Positions 32,027 through 43,294 of a DNA stretch of 64,000 nucleotides are shown here, in pieces. The stretch's first letter is position 1, and every line of letters begins with the position of its first letter. A program made the translations under genes and the position numbers. Origin of the DNA: an uncultured delta proteobacterium (GTDB lineage: Bacteria > Desulfobacterota > Desulfobaccia > Desulfobaccales > Desulfobaccaceae). The notes beneath the pieces were generated by a model. The model saw only the letters and a program-made list of their open reading frames with translations, was not told the DNA's origin and made no database searches. Location: NCBI GenBank assembly GCA_963780995.1, contig CAWAEI010000013.1:7550-71549 (forward strand). The letters are read 5' to 3'.

Positions 32027-33556
32027 TCAAGCCGCGAACGTCCGGTCCAGACTCCGGTACTGAATCGCCTCGGCCAGATGCGGCGTCTGGATGTCTTTCT
32101 CCCCCTCCAAATCGGCAATGGTCCGGGAGATCTTCAGGATGCGGTTGTAGGCCCGGGCTGACAAGCCCAGCCGCTCCATGGCCCTTTCCAGGAGTTGGCG
32201 GGGTTCGGGTTGGAGCTGGCAATGCTGTTTGACCAGGCGGGGCGGCATCTGGGCATTGCAATGCGCCCGGCTGCCGGCTAACCGGCGGGTCTGGACCGCG
32301 CGGGCGGCCACCACTTTCTCTTGCAGGCTGGCTGATCTTTCGCCGTCCGGGCCCGAGGCCAGGTCCTGGAACGCCACCGCCGGCACCGGCACCTGGATAT
32401 CGATGCGGTCCAGCAGCGGGCCCGAGATGCGGGTCTGGTAGGTGCGGATCTGATTGGGGGAACAGCGGCAGGGACGCTTGGCGTCGCCCAGGAAACCGCA
32501 GGGGCAGGGGTTCATGGCCGCCACCAGCATAAAGCGGGCCGGGTAGGTCAGGGAACTGCTGGCCCGGGAGATGGTGACGTAGCCGTCTTCCAAAGGCTGG
32601 CGCAGCACTTCCAGGACCTGGCGCTTGAATTCCGGCAGCTCATCCAGGAAAAGCACGCCGTTGTGGGCCAGACTGACCTCCCCGGGCCGGGGGATGCGGC
32701 CCCCGCCGATCAGACCGGCGTCTGAGACGGTGTGGTGCGGCGGCCGGAAGGGCCGGGTGGGAAGCAAGGCCTGTCCCGGCGGCAGCAGGCCCATGATGCT
32801 GTAGATCTTGGAGGTTTCGATCGCCTCCTCAAAGGTCAAAGGCGGCAGGATGGTCGATAACCGCTTGGCCAGCATCGTCTTCCCCGACCCGGGCGGGCCC
32901 AGCATCAGGATATTGTGGCCGCCCGCCGCCGCGATGACCATGGCCCGCTTTACTTGTTCCTGCCCCTTGACCTCGGCAAAGTCAATGTCTTCGGCTTTGA
33001 CAGCCAGCAGTTGCCGCGAGGGCGGCGGCTCCGGGGTCAGCTCGACGGTCCCCCGTAAAAATTCCACCACTTCCGTCAGACTCCGGGCCGCATAAACCGC
33101 CAGGTCCTGCACCACGGCGGCTTCACAAGCATTTTCTTTGGGGATGATCAGCCCGTCCAGTCCTGCCTGGCGGCAGGCCAGGGCCACCGGCAGCACGCCC
33201 CGGGTGGCCTTCAGACGTCCATCCAGGGAAACCTCACCATACAGCAGATAGCGGTCCAGATTTTCCTGGGGGGCCAGACCCTGGGCCGCCAGCAGTCCCA
33301 GGGCAATGGGCAGGTCAAAACCGGTGCCGTCTTTGCGGACGTCGGCCGGTGCCAGATTGATAGTCACCCGGGTCCCGGGAAAATGATAACCCGAATTCTT
33401 GATGGCCGCCTTGACCCGGTCCTTGCTCTCTTTGACCGCGATCTCCGGCAGGCCCACGGTGGTAAAGGCCGGCATGCCAAAGGCGATGTCCACCTCCACT
33501 TCCACCAGGAAACCGTCCACCCCCCGCAGGGACCCGCTGGTGACCCGGGCTAACAT
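32027..33556 (-). CDS. comM: YifB/ComM Mg-chelatase-like AAA+ ATPase
   Basis: [31 protein letters not shown] and [10 protein letters not shown]. Confidence 0.93.
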   Translation of the reverse strand: MLARVTSGSLRGVDGFLVEVEVDIAFGMPAFTTVGLPEIAVKESKDRVKAAIKNSGYHFPGTRVTINLAPADVRKDGTGFDLPIALGLLAAQGLAPQENLDRYLLYGEVSLDGRLKATRGVLPVALACRQAGLDGLIIPKENACEAAVVQDLAVYAARSLTEVVEFLRGTVELTPEPPPSRQLLAVKAEDIDFAEVKGQEQVKRAMVIAAAGGHNILMLGPPGSGKTMLAKRLSTILPPLTFEEAIETSKIYSIMGLLPPGQALLPTRPFRPPHHTVSDAGLIGGGRIPRPGEVSLAHNGVLFLDELPEFKRQVLEVLRQPLEDGYVTISRASSSLTYPARFMLVAAMNPCPCGFLGDAKRPCRCSPNQIRTYQTRISGPLLDRIDIQVPVPAVAFQDLASGPDGERSASLQEKVVAARAVQTRRLAGSRAHCNAQMPPRLVKQHCQLQPEPRQLLERAMERLGLSARAYNRILKISRTIADLEGEKDIQTPHLAEAIQYRSLDRTFAA

Positions 33557-33599
33557 CCGACTCTTCGCAGCCTAACAGGCATAGAGTAGGTTATACTGT

Positions 33600-33686
33600 T
33601 TGCCAAAAGTTTTGTCCTTTATTTTCCCTCTCCCCTTGCAGGGAGAGGGTCAGGGTGAGGGGTGAACAAGACAGTACTTTTGGCAA
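33600..33686. repeat. MITE-like element, inverted copy of 1396-1483
   Basis: TTGCCAAAAGT...ACTTTTGGCAA ends and the same internal hairpin. Confidence 0.8.
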
Positions 33687-33721
33687 CGATTCTAGGCTTG
33701 GGAGGCAAACTCAGGCCAGCC

Positions 33722-34192
33722 CTAGAACCGGAAGATCTCATGGCGGAGGCGCTGGATCTGGGTTTCCACCTGTTGCAGGCTCCGGTGGTGAATGGCCTGG
33801 TGAATCTTCTCCACGATGTCGTCGAAGTTGAAGGGTTTCTGAATAAAGGCGGCCCCGGGCAGGCGCAGGGCCTCATAGAAAACCTGTCGCCGGTGGACCA
33901 TGATGATAGTTTGCAAGTGGGGATGCTTTTCCAGGCTGGCTTCCAGGAACTGCTGGCTGTTGGGCAGGCGCAGGTCGGTGATCAACAGATCAAAAGCGGT
34001 CTTTTCCAACTGTTCCACCGCCTGTTCCACATTCTTAACCATCTCGCATTCAAAACCGATGAGTTTGATGATGGAGCTGAGAAAATCACAGGTGCAGTCA
34101 TCCTGGTCAAGAATTAAAATACGTCCCTTTTTCTTCTCGGCCTGGTCACCTGTCGGGTTGCCGACCTGGCCTTTTAACGATTGACGCCACAT
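33722..34192 (-). CDS. Single-domain response regulator (receiver)
   Basis: RILILDQDD, DLLITDLRLP and FIQKPF. Confidence 0.8.
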   Translation of the reverse strand: MWRQSLKGQVGNPTGDQAEKKKGRILILDQDDCTCDFLSSIIKLIGFECEMVKNVEQAVEQLEKTAFDLLITDLRLPNSQQFLEASLEKHPHLQTIIMVHRRQVFYEALRLPGAAFIQKPFNFDDIVEKIHQAIHHRSLQQVETQIQRLRHEIFRF

Positions 34193-34294
34193 GACCCACC
34201 CCCGTTTTCCCGGTAACTGTTTATAAGGAATATTTTAATATAAAGTGCTCCTTATAAGCAAGGACTTCTCTACGGCCTCTGCTGCCGCTATAAC

Positions 34295-35044
34295 TCAAAA
34301 GCTGAATAACTCTTCCATTTCAGCCGTATAACCGCCCTGGCTCTGGTATACCATTAAGGGCGGCAAAACCGTCAAATCCTCCCGGCCGCCTTTCCGGGCT
34401 TCCACCCAGACCAGCCGGGCTTCCTCTCCCGGGCGGGAATGGATCAAGCGCAGGGTTTTGGGCTCCAGGTGGTGGGACCGCAGCCGCACGCACAGGTGGA
34501 CCAGACGCCAGGCCGGATAAATCAGGGCCAGCCGTCCCCTCGCCGGCAGCAGATAGTTGGCGGTCTGGGCCACCAGATCCAGGGAGCCGTGCAGTTCATG
34601 GCGGGCGATGGCCCTTTCGGCCACCGGGTTGAGGCGGCCGCTTCCTATGGGGCGGTACGGGGGATTGCTCACTACCACTTCGAAGGATCCCGGGGGGAAA
34701 TGCTGGGGGAGATTTTGCATCTCGTCGGCCATGATTTCGACGCGCCCCGCCAGGCCGTTCAAGATGACATTGCGCTCAGCCAGGGCCGCCAACGCCGGCT
34801 GGCTTTCCACACCCAGCAGGGAACAGAGAGGAAACCGGCAGGCCAGCATGAGAGAGACGATGCCGCAACCCGCGCCCAGGTCCATGACCCGCTCTCCGGT
34901 CCGCAGTTGGGTTAAGCCGGCCAGCAGCGCCGCGTCCAGGGAAAAACGATACCCGTGTTTTTTTTGGAAAACCCATAACCGCCCCTGGCCGAATGGCTCC
35001 AGAGTTTCATCCGGTGGGACCGGTTCCTCAGGTCTTGGCATCAT
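34295..35044 (-). CDS. tRNA1(Val) A37 N6-methyltransferase family
   Basis: GYRFSLDA, DLGAGCG, SNPPY and ARHE. Confidence 0.88.
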   Translation of the reverse strand: MMPRPEEPVPPDETLEPFGQGRLWVFQKKHGYRFSLDAALLAGLTQLRTGERVMDLGAGCGIVSLMLACRFPLCSLLGVESQPALAALAERNVILNGLAGRVEIMADEMQNLPQHFPPGSFEVVVSNPPYRPIGSGRLNPVAERAIARHELHGSLDLVAQTANYLLPARGRLALIYPAWRLVHLCVRLRSHHLEPKTLRLIHSRPGEEARLVWVEARKGGREDLTVLPPLMVYQSQGGYTAEMEELFSF

Positions 35045-35129
35045 ACCAAGTTCAGTTTGTCTGGCAACAAACTCAATCTCTATCTATGAAATAATACAAG
35101 ATCTTCTGACCGAAAACCAGAAACCGTCT

Positions 35130-36482
35130 TTAAAGACCGACTTCCTCACCGGGGTCGATGGCGTGCATGACCAAACCCACCGGCACCTTGGGATAAAAAT
35201 ACGTCGATTTCCGGGGCATAATCAAACCGCTGCTGGCCACTTCCTGGACGTGCTCGATGCGAGTGGGATTCAACAGAAAAGCCAGGTTAACCTTGCCCTG
35301 CTCCAAGGCTTCCAGGGCCCCGGCCACGGTGCTGGAATATTGGAAGGTTTCTTCGTCGTCCTGTTCTTTACTGCTCAGGCCCAGCACCTTTTCAAAAATC
35401 AGGAAGTTCAGGGCCACCACGTCCAATTTCGTCAGAGCCGGGGGCATATGGGCCGTTAAGGGACCGTTCATTACGCCAGGCTTAAGCTTCAGGATAAACG
35501 CCTTTTGCGACGGCGTCACCACGGCCATGCTGGTGCTGTGCTGCCCGGCCTGGTGCAGCGCCGCTCCCAATCCTGCGGCATTGGCCGACAGTGGGGCGGC
35601 CGTTAGTGCCAGCGGTTCCATCTCGAAGAATTGGGGCAACTGCGACAGCAGAGCCTCTTCCTCAAAGTGCTGTAGTCGGCGGCTATCCAGGAGACGGTGG
35701 GCCGGCCGGATAACCAGGTCCGGATCCAGCATGTTGCTTAAGTACATGAGGACATAATTAAAACTGGCCCGGGGCGGTGCCTGGGGATAGCGCTCCTGTA
35801 GCCAGGCCTGGTAAGCCAGGGAAGTTTCGTAGCGATGGTGGCCGTCGGCAATAAAAATGGGCAAATCTGCCATGCCCGCGGCCGCCGCCTGGATGGCTTT
35901 GGCATTGGTGACCCGAAAGAACCTTTGCCGGGAACCCTCATAATCTTCAAAGTCAAACATGGGAGCCTCGGGCAGTCCTTGTTTCAAGCCGGTCAACACC
36001 TGATCTGCCTTATCCGGGTACAGGGCAAAGACCGTGGACAGGTGCGCCTTAACCTGGGACATTAGTTTGAACCGGTCCGTTTTGTGAGCTGAAAAGGTCT
36101 TCTCATGCGGCCGGACCACGCCGCTTTCAAACGATTCCAGGCGGACCAACCCCACTACCGCTCGCCGGATGTGGGTCTGCCCTTCCAGGGTATATTCCGT
36201 CTCCCAATAAAAGAGGGCCGGAGCCGTATCTTTGATCAGAACCCCTTCTTGGCGCCAGGCGCTAAACTCCTCTCCGGCCTGCAGATACCGGGAATCCGGG
36301 TCGGAATTATTTCTCTGGGGTCGCGGCAAAATCAAGCGGATAACATTATAAAGATGCCGGTCATAAAAGCCCGCCTGCTGCTCGGGGGAGATGACATCAT
36401 AAGGAGGAGTGACGACTGCGGTTAAATTTGGAATTTTCGCTTGATTATAGTAAAGCGCCCGCCAGGGGACCAATTCAGCCAT
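35130..36482 (-). CDS. DUF1015 family protein
   Basis: PPYDVIS, PHEKT, IADGHHRYET and MPRKSTYFYPK. Confidence 0.9.
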   Translation of the reverse strand: MAELVPWRALYYNQAKIPNLTAVVTPPYDVISPEQQAGFYDRHLYNVIRLILPRPQRNNSDPDSRYLQAGEEFSAWRQEGVLIKDTAPALFYWETEYTLEGQTHIRRAVVGLVRLESFESGVVRPHEKTFSAHKTDRFKLMSQVKAHLSTVFALYPDKADQVLTGLKQGLPEAPMFDFEDYEGSRQRFFRVTNAKAIQAAAAGMADLPIFIADGHHRYETSLAYQAWLQERYPQAPPRASFNYVLMYLSNMLDPDLVIRPAHRLLDSRRLQHFEEEALLSQLPQFFEMEPLALTAAPLSANAAGLGAALHQAGQHSTSMAVVTPSQKAFILKLKPGVMNGPLTAHMPPALTKLDVVALNFLIFEKVLGLSSKEQDDEETFQYSSTVAGALEALEQGKVNLAFLLNPTRIEHVQEVASSGLIMPRKSTYFYPKVPVGLVMHAIDPGEEVGL

Positions 36483-36735
36483 AGGGTTAGATCCTTTGTA
36501 AAAGATTAAAATACTAAATTACCAGATTTCTCTGCCACGTCAATCCCTCACAGGGAACTGCCAGGAAATTTCTCCCGAAATTGGAGCATAATTAAACTGT
36601 TCCAAACCTTAACGCAATTGACCGGTTGTTGACTTTAATTTAGGATTTTGCTATTTTTTTATATAAATATTTACTAGTAATGATTAGTAAAAAACTTTAT
36701 TGACCAGCCTAACCGTTCACCTCTGAGGATATTTT

Positions 36736-39187
36736 ATGAATGGCCAGGATCGATTCACCTCTCCTCATAAGCAAACCTTAAGATTGGTGATCCTTGCGCT
36801 GATTTTTATGTGGAGCGGCTGGCTGGTGGTTATTGCCCCTTGTCAGGATGGGGCTATCGGGGTTTCCCCCGCCTCACTAAATCTCCTAAACCTTTTAAAG
36901 GCTACCGAGAGCCGTGAGGCAGCTTCCCGGGACTTGGGTCCATACCAGTGATCCAGACCCCAAGGTCATGGCTGCAGACTTGCAACCGCTCTGGCCCATC
37001 TATAGTTTCTTATGGGCGGAAATCTACCGGCTGCGGGGTGATCAGGTTCAGGCACGTAAAATTTACCAGGGCTTAGTGGAGTGGTCTCTCAATCAAAAGA
37101 CTAAAGAGGAATGGGGCGGAAGCGGACTGGTTATTGTGTCCTTGTGGCGCTGGTTGCAGCTAGCCCAGGCCAATTCTCAGGTAACTCCAGAAGAAAAAGA
37201 AGTCCTATTGGACAAGGCCAGGCTTCTTTGGAAAGAACAGCCCCGTCTGATGCGGGGGATGTTTCAGACTCTCCCCTGGCTTAATGCTCTCCCACAGCTC
37301 AAAGAAAATCTCCTTCGGCGCCTAAGTTCTCTGGCGTGGTCATTGGGTAAGGAAGAAGAGGCGCAAAGATTCTTCGTGGAATATCTCTCCGTGGCCAGCA
37401 CGAGTGAAATGACGCCGGATGAAAAGGAATTGCTTGCCAAAGCAACTTCCACAGGGGTGCTTTCTCTGCCTAAAGTAGCTCTGTTAATAGCCAATCGCCT
37501 GGAGAAGCTGATGGACTACCAGGGCGCCTTGCATTGGCTGAATGAAGCCCGGCAAACTGGCAAAACCCAGGTCAAAGCGGAAGCCAGCCTTTACCTGGCG
37601 CGACTGCGGCGTCTCCTGGGTGAAAAATGCCTCACCCCCCAGGTAAAGGAGCTACTGGATACTGCCATTAATGAGTCCACTAACCCGGAGGTAGTCCAAG
37701 AAAGCCTTTTTTTGCAGGGCACAATTGCCATCCGGCCGGGCTGCCCTAAAGATACCTCCCTGTTCCAGACGAACATGTGGCAAATCCTTAACGAATTTCC
37801 CCAGGGGGCCCGGGCCGATGATGCCCTGGACCAGTTGGCCTCTCACCATTTAGAACTCTATCGCGACCTAAAAAACACTCAAGACTTGGAGAAAGGACGC
37901 GAGCTCTTCGCCAAATTGCGGCAAGATTATCCGGATCGAGAGGATTTTATTGACTCTTCCTGGTTCAAACCCGCCATGGCCCTCTATACCCGTGGCGAGC
38001 CGGAAGACCTGAAGCAAGCCATGACCTTGCTTCAGGAGTTGGAAAAGGCCCGGCCGACCGGCCCCCTGCATCTGGCCGCCCTCTTCTGGCTGGGCCGCAT
38101 GGCTGCGGAATCAGGACAGGATGAGCAAGCCCGGACATATTTTTCCACCATTATCAAGGAATTCCCCTATGACTACTACGCCACCCGGGCCCGTTTGCAC
38201 CTGAACCTGGGCAACCGGGCGAGCAAGCAACTGGAACTTGACGAGGAAACCCAAAACGAACTAAAAACGAAGTTTCTCCAGAGTAAAAACCAACACAGCG
38301 TTCTTTCGGAAAAGTCTGCCTACCATCGGCGTCTTGAGGCCACAATCCATTCCGGATTCTATCATCGGGTCTTGAGAGGTTCGATAGATTGTAGAAATAA
38401 ATATTTTCCTTCCCAGCGTCTGGAGAGCATCTCCTTGGAGAAATTGGATGAATATCAGCGACTGCCGTATGTGGTCCTCATGCTGGCCCTGCGTCAAGAC
38501 GCCCTGGCTGCTGTTGATACCCCAGCCGTTATTGGGAACCGGCTGGAGGTTGCCAGAGCCCTCAGTGATCTGCGCTCACCGGATTGGCCCCAGGGAGACT
38601 GGCCTTTAGTAATCTATATCAGCGGCGCCGCAGGTCGACCTTTTGAGGTGAAGAGCAAGACCCAGAACGACCCCGGATATCTGGCCATTGCCTACCCCAA
38701 AACCTTTGAACCCTTGATTAAAAAATACAGCAAAGAATTTAAGCTCCCGGAGGCTTTTCTCTACGCCGTGATCCGTCATGAAAGCGCTTTTTTCACTTCG
38801 GCCCTGTCACCTGCGGGAGCGCTTGGTCTCTTTCAATTCATTCCATCAACGTTTGATGGCCTGGATAAGAGCTGGAACCTTTTGAGGGAAAGAGGTAAGA
38901 ATTCACGGGAGGAATTTTTGCTGAATGCGAATGACAATATTTATTTAGGGGCCCGTTGGTTCCGGCAAGAGATACTCCCCAAACAGGGTGGCAATATCTT
39001 ATTTGCCTTGATGGAACATAATGCCGGACCTAAAGCCGTAAAAGAATGGCAAGGGACATGGCAGCGTCAGGACCGGATCGAGGACTATGAATTTATGATT
39101 GAGACAGTGCGCTTTGCGGAAACCAGAAGCTTTGTTCGGGGTGTGCTTAACAGCTATTGGATTGTCCAGGCAGCCGGCATCTATTGA
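36736..39187 (+). CDS. Secreted TPR-rich soluble lytic transglycosylase (frameshift near 36930 separates the signal/TM segment)
   Basis: N-terminal hydrophobic segment in 36736-36951 with GAGG RBS; helical repeats; C-terminal SLT motifs AYP, IRHES, GALGLFQ, NIYLG, HNAG and ETRSFV. Confidence 0.85.
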
Positions 39188-39340
39188 ACTTTAGAACAAC
39201 CTTGATATCTTTGGTCAATCTGAATTTGTCAAACGGGCACCTCCCGGGCGCCGGCCAAGGCAGGATAGATTTCCGGTGCCGCCCAATATGCCCTATCGGC
39301 CAGGCTGTCAAGCCGCAGAACGCATGAGGGAGTAACGGTT

Positions 39341-40984
39341 ATGGCACACGATGTCTTTATCTGTCATGCCACTGAAAACAAGGCCATTGCCGAGGCGATC
39401 GTCTCCACCCTGGAGGACTCCGGCATCCGGTGCTGGATCGCTCCCCGAGACATCCAACCCGGTTCTGATTATAGCAAATCCATCATCGCTGCCATCGGCG
39501 AAGTCCGAGTGATGGTCCTGGTTTTTTCTTCTGAAGCCAATTCCTCCGAACATGTGAAACGCGAAGTGGAGCGGGCCGTCAATAAAAATATTACGGTGAT
39601 CCCTTTTCGCATAGAGGACATTCTCCCTTCCCAGGCTCTGGAGTATTTCATCAGCACCACCCAGTGGGTTGACGCCTTCACCCCGCCCCTGGAAAATCAT
39701 TATCTTTATCTTGCTGAGGCTATCAAAGAGTTGCTGTCGGGAAAAGGTGAGGTTCACTCCCCCATTATATCCCCACCTCCAAGAAAACCCGGTAACCTAT
39801 GGAAAATAATCACCGCCACCGCCATTGCCGGTGGCATTATCGCAGCCATAGGGGTTATTTTTCTACTTAAACCACCCCTCCATCCAGATGATAAAACTAA
39901 ATCCTGCGAAACGCTCAAAATAAAGACCTTTCCAGTTTTCCCCTACTATCTGGTAAACACGTATAATAAGAGCCCTAAAAATAAATATATTTATTGGGCT
40001 TCCGTCAGCGGCAGGAACATTTGCCCAGAAAGACTGCAGATCAGGTTGCTGTTTAAACCGGATCCCCTTAAGGCCATCGCAAGTAGAGTACAACATGACC
40101 TCACCATTGACCCTTCAGAAAAAGAAATTGATGCAAGGAAGGACTTTGGAGTAAAGATTATTGCCAAGACCGAAGAAACCTTTCCCTTGCCAGGAGAATG
40201 GAAAATTCTTTCCCTTGGCAACAGCACGGTGGGTAAGACTCTCCGTCAAGATGACTTTACCATTCAGGTCATTGCCGATAAACATATATATTGGGATCTG
40301 AAGAATCCGGACGGGCAACCAGTGGACTTTGGCTTTCTGCTGGCCTCCCTGAGCGCCTGGTCCGAACTGCCCCGGACGCCGCCTCTAGAACTCAGGGAAC
40401 GGGCCGCCGTTTATTTCGGCCAGGGAAGTGATCCGGACCAATGGCTGAAAAAGTGCTATACTGAACTCTTTCGCAGCGATACAGCAGTAAAGGTCCACCC
40501 CTTTGCCGATCCCTGGCCGTTGCCGGGCGAAGGCGGTTTAAGTTTGGAGAGAATCAGGAGCTGGGAAATGATATTGGCAGAGAAGCAGGCTGATCCGTTG
40601 GAGGCGGCTTTGCTTATGTCCTGTTTAAAAAACTCGGTCTTTAAAACAAAAGATCCGAGATTCGTGCTGTTTGCTTTACCTTTGACCCCAGAAAAAAGTG
40701 CGGGCGAGAAACAGTTTCTGCTTGCCTGGCCGGTCAAAGGCAGGGAGTGGAGTGCCATCGATCTCACTGCGCCTAATGATCTCGATTTTGACCAGAACGT
40801 GCAGCAAGCTTCGGCTAAGCTGGCCGAAGTCCTACAAAACCAGGGAGACAAAATCTTGCCGTTGCTTAATACAAAGGGGGTATTTTACGACGAAAGTAAA
40901 CCTTTGGCCCAGCAGACCCTGTTGGCCCTGGATTTCTACATCGCCCCCCGTTATTTCGGCATCGGGGGCCTGGCACAAGAATGA
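39341..40984 (+). CDS. TIR domain - single TM - extracytoplasmic domain protein
   Basis: HDVFICHA, CWIAPRDI, SEHVKREV (catalytic Glu position), Pro-rich linker, TM IITATAIAGGIIAAIGVIFLL, then a ~370-aa C-terminal region. Confidence 0.85.
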   Translation: MAHDVFICHATENKAIAEAIVSTLEDSGIRCWIAPRDIQPGSDYSKSIIAAIGEVRVMVLVFSSEANSSEHVKREVERAVNKNITVIPFRIEDILPSQALEYFISTTQWVDAFTPPLENHYLYLAEAIKELLSGKGEVHSPIISPPPRKPGNLWKIITATAIAGGIIAAIGVIFLLKPPLHPDDKTKSCETLKIKTFPVFPYYLVNTYNKSPKNKYIYWASVSGRNICPERLQIRLLFKPDPLKAIASRVQHDLTIDPSEKEIDARKDFGVKIIAKTEETFPLPGEWKILSLGNSTVGKTLRQDDFTIQVIADKHIYWDLKNPDGQPVDFGFLLASLSAWSELPRTPPLELRERAAVYFGQGSDPDQWLKKCYTELFRSDTAVKVHPFADPWPLPGEGGLSLERIRSWEMILAEKQADPLEAALLMSCLKNSVFKTKDPRFVLFALPLTPEKSAGEKQFLLAWPVKGREWSAIDLTAPNDLDFDQNVQQASAKLAEVLQNQGDKILPLLNTKGVFYDESKPLAQQTLLALDFYIAPRYFGIGGLAQE

Positions 40985-41415
40985 ATAAAGGTAAATATCT
41001 GCTATGCTTGTAGGATGAATTTTTTTCCATTGCCAAAAGTTATTTTACTTCATCTAATCTCTCAGCCTATCGGACCGTGTTGGTAAACGAAAAACCTATT
41101 GATTTTTTAAAGCGTCTAGGTTATATCTACAAAAGATTTTGCGCAATTTTGTAATATAAATAGGGAACGAGCAGCTCGTGCTTTTTTAAGGGTATTCCGG
41201 CGCTAATATTGTCTTAAAGTTGGCGATCTTGGCCGGAAAAGTTACCGAGGCAACCATATTCTTGGTCAACACATCGAACTTTTAAAATTTTATAAGAGAA
41301 ATCGATACATTATCTTACCCGCCCTTAAAAGTTAGCACCCACCCCGATTTATTCAGTTCTGCGCCTCAGTCCGAAGCAATAAGGCTGGTATTTTCGATTT
41401 TATTCATGGAATTGT

Positions 41416-42517
41416 ATGTTTGAAGCATTGGTGCCCGAATATATTGCCACATTAGCGGCCTATCCGCCCGGCAAACCCCTTGAGGAATTAGAACGAGAAC
41501 TTGGCATCTCCGACTCCATCAAGCTAGCCTCCAACGAAAATCCTCTCGGCCCCTCTCCCTTGGCAATGCACGCCATTGCTGGGCAAATCGGTAAGCTGCA
41601 CCGCTACCCCGATGCCAGTGCCTATTATCTCAAACAGCGTTTGAGCCGGCACCTCGGCCTGGTTCCGGAGCAGACTCCTCTGTGGCAACGGCTCGGACGA
41701 AATTTTAGAGCTTTTGGTGCGGGCCTTTTTACTTCCCGGCCAGGAAGTCGTCAGTGCCACCCCATCTTTTTTAATGTACGGGCTGTTGACCCAGGGTGCC
41801 GGAGGCGTTTTCCGGCCGGTGCCCCTCAAAGACTTTCGCGTTGATTTGCCGGCCGTCTTGGCGGCCATCACCGCCCATACCAAGCTGATTATTATCAACA
41901 ACCCGAATAATCCCACCGGCACGGTCATTTATCGGCAAGAGTGGGAAGAATTTTTGGCCGCGGTGCCGCCCCAGGTCCTGGTGGTGGTGGATGAAGCCTA
42001 TATCGATTTTGTGGACGACCCCGAGGTCTTCCAAGGCTTGGCATATGTCCAGGAAAATCGGCCGCTCATCGGCTTGCGCACCTTTTCTAAGGCCTACGGG
42101 CTGGCCGGACTGCGCATCGGCTATGGCTATGGTCCCAGCGCTTTAATGGGCTATATGGATCGCCTGCGGTCACCTTTTAACGTGAATTCTTTGGCTCAGG
42201 CAGCCGCCCTGGCAGCCTTGGACGATCATGAATTTCTGGCCCAAACCCGGCATCTGGTCAAAGAAGGCTTGGCCTTTTTCTGCCAGGAGTTGGATCGCCT
42301 GGGTATTGCTTATATTCCTACCCAGGCCAATTTTCTGCTCATCCACGTGGCTCGCAACAGCCGGGAAGTCTATGAGCAGATGTTGCGGCAGGGGGTGATC
42401 ATTCGGGCCATGACCAGTTACCAGTTGCCGGAGTATATTCGGGTCAATGCCGGTCTGCCGGCCGAAAATCAGAGATTTATCCAGACCTTCAAGCGAGTGA
42501 TGGGCTTTGCCGGCTAA
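41416..42517 (+). CDS. hisC: Histidinol-phosphate aminotransferase (frameshift near 41680)
   Basis: KLASNENPLGPS, NPNNPTG, DEAY and RTFSKAYGLAGLRIGY. Confidence 0.93.
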
Positions 42518-43190
42518 GCAATCTCGGGGCCTCATAGTTACTCTGGACGGTCCCGCTGGCGCTGGTAAAAGCAGCGTGGCCAAACGGCTGGCCCGGCGCT
42601 TGAACCTGCTGTATCTGGAAAGCGGCGCCTTTTACCGGGCCGTGGCCTTGATGGCTGACCGCCACCAGGGAGACCTTTTAAGCCCCCAGTGGCTCAGTGA
42701 TTTTCTGGCAACCTTCCAGCTCCGGGTTTCTCCAGGGGTTGATGGTCTTAGACTGGGGGCGGATGGGCAGGATATCACTGCCGCCATCCGGGAGCCCAAG
42801 GTAAGCCAGGGCGCCTCTTTAGTGGCCACTCTCCGGCCGGTGCGCCAATGGGTGCTGACGAGGTTGCGGCAACTGGCTGAACCTGGGGGCGTCATTGCCG
42901 AAGGCCGGGACATGGGAACCAGGGTCTTCCCGGAAGCCGAGGTGAAAATATTTTTAGAGGCCTCCTTAAAAATTCGAGCTCATCGCCGGTGGCTTGAGCT
43001 TCAGGCCCAGGGCAAGACCCTCGACGAGAATGCCGTCTGCCAGGATATGGCGGTGCGGGACCAACGAGATCAGGAACGTCAGGAGGATCCCCTTCGGGTC
43101 CCTGAGGGAGCGCATTGTATTGATAGCTCCGCGTGTGATTTGGATCGAGTGGAGGAAATCTGTTTTCACTTGATTCAACCTTATATTTAG
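42507..43190 (+). CDS. cmk: Cytidylate kinase
   Basis: DGPAGAGKSS and EGRDMGT. Confidence 0.95.
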   Translation: MPAKQSRGLIVTLDGPAGAGKSSVAKRLARRLNLLYLESGAFYRAVALMADRHQGDLLSPQWLSDFLATFQLRVSPGVDGLRLGADGQDITAAIREPKVSQGASLVATLRPVRQWVLTRLRQLAEPGGVIAEGRDMGTRVFPEAEVKIFLEASLKIRAHRRWLELQAQGKTLDENAVCQDMAVRDQRDQERQEDPLRVPEGAHCIDSSACDLDRVEEICFHLIQPYI

Positions 43191-43294
43191 GTATTTTTGC
43201 CAAAATTCCTCGATGGCTGCAACCTCATCGGGAATGAAATCCTTTAGAGAAAAAAACCCTTCGGGGTGAAAAATATAGCTTTTAGGGGGTAGGG

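Noticed and set aside
32027-33556. Mobile element inserted in comM (a known hotspot)
   Set aside because: The ORF is intact and full length.
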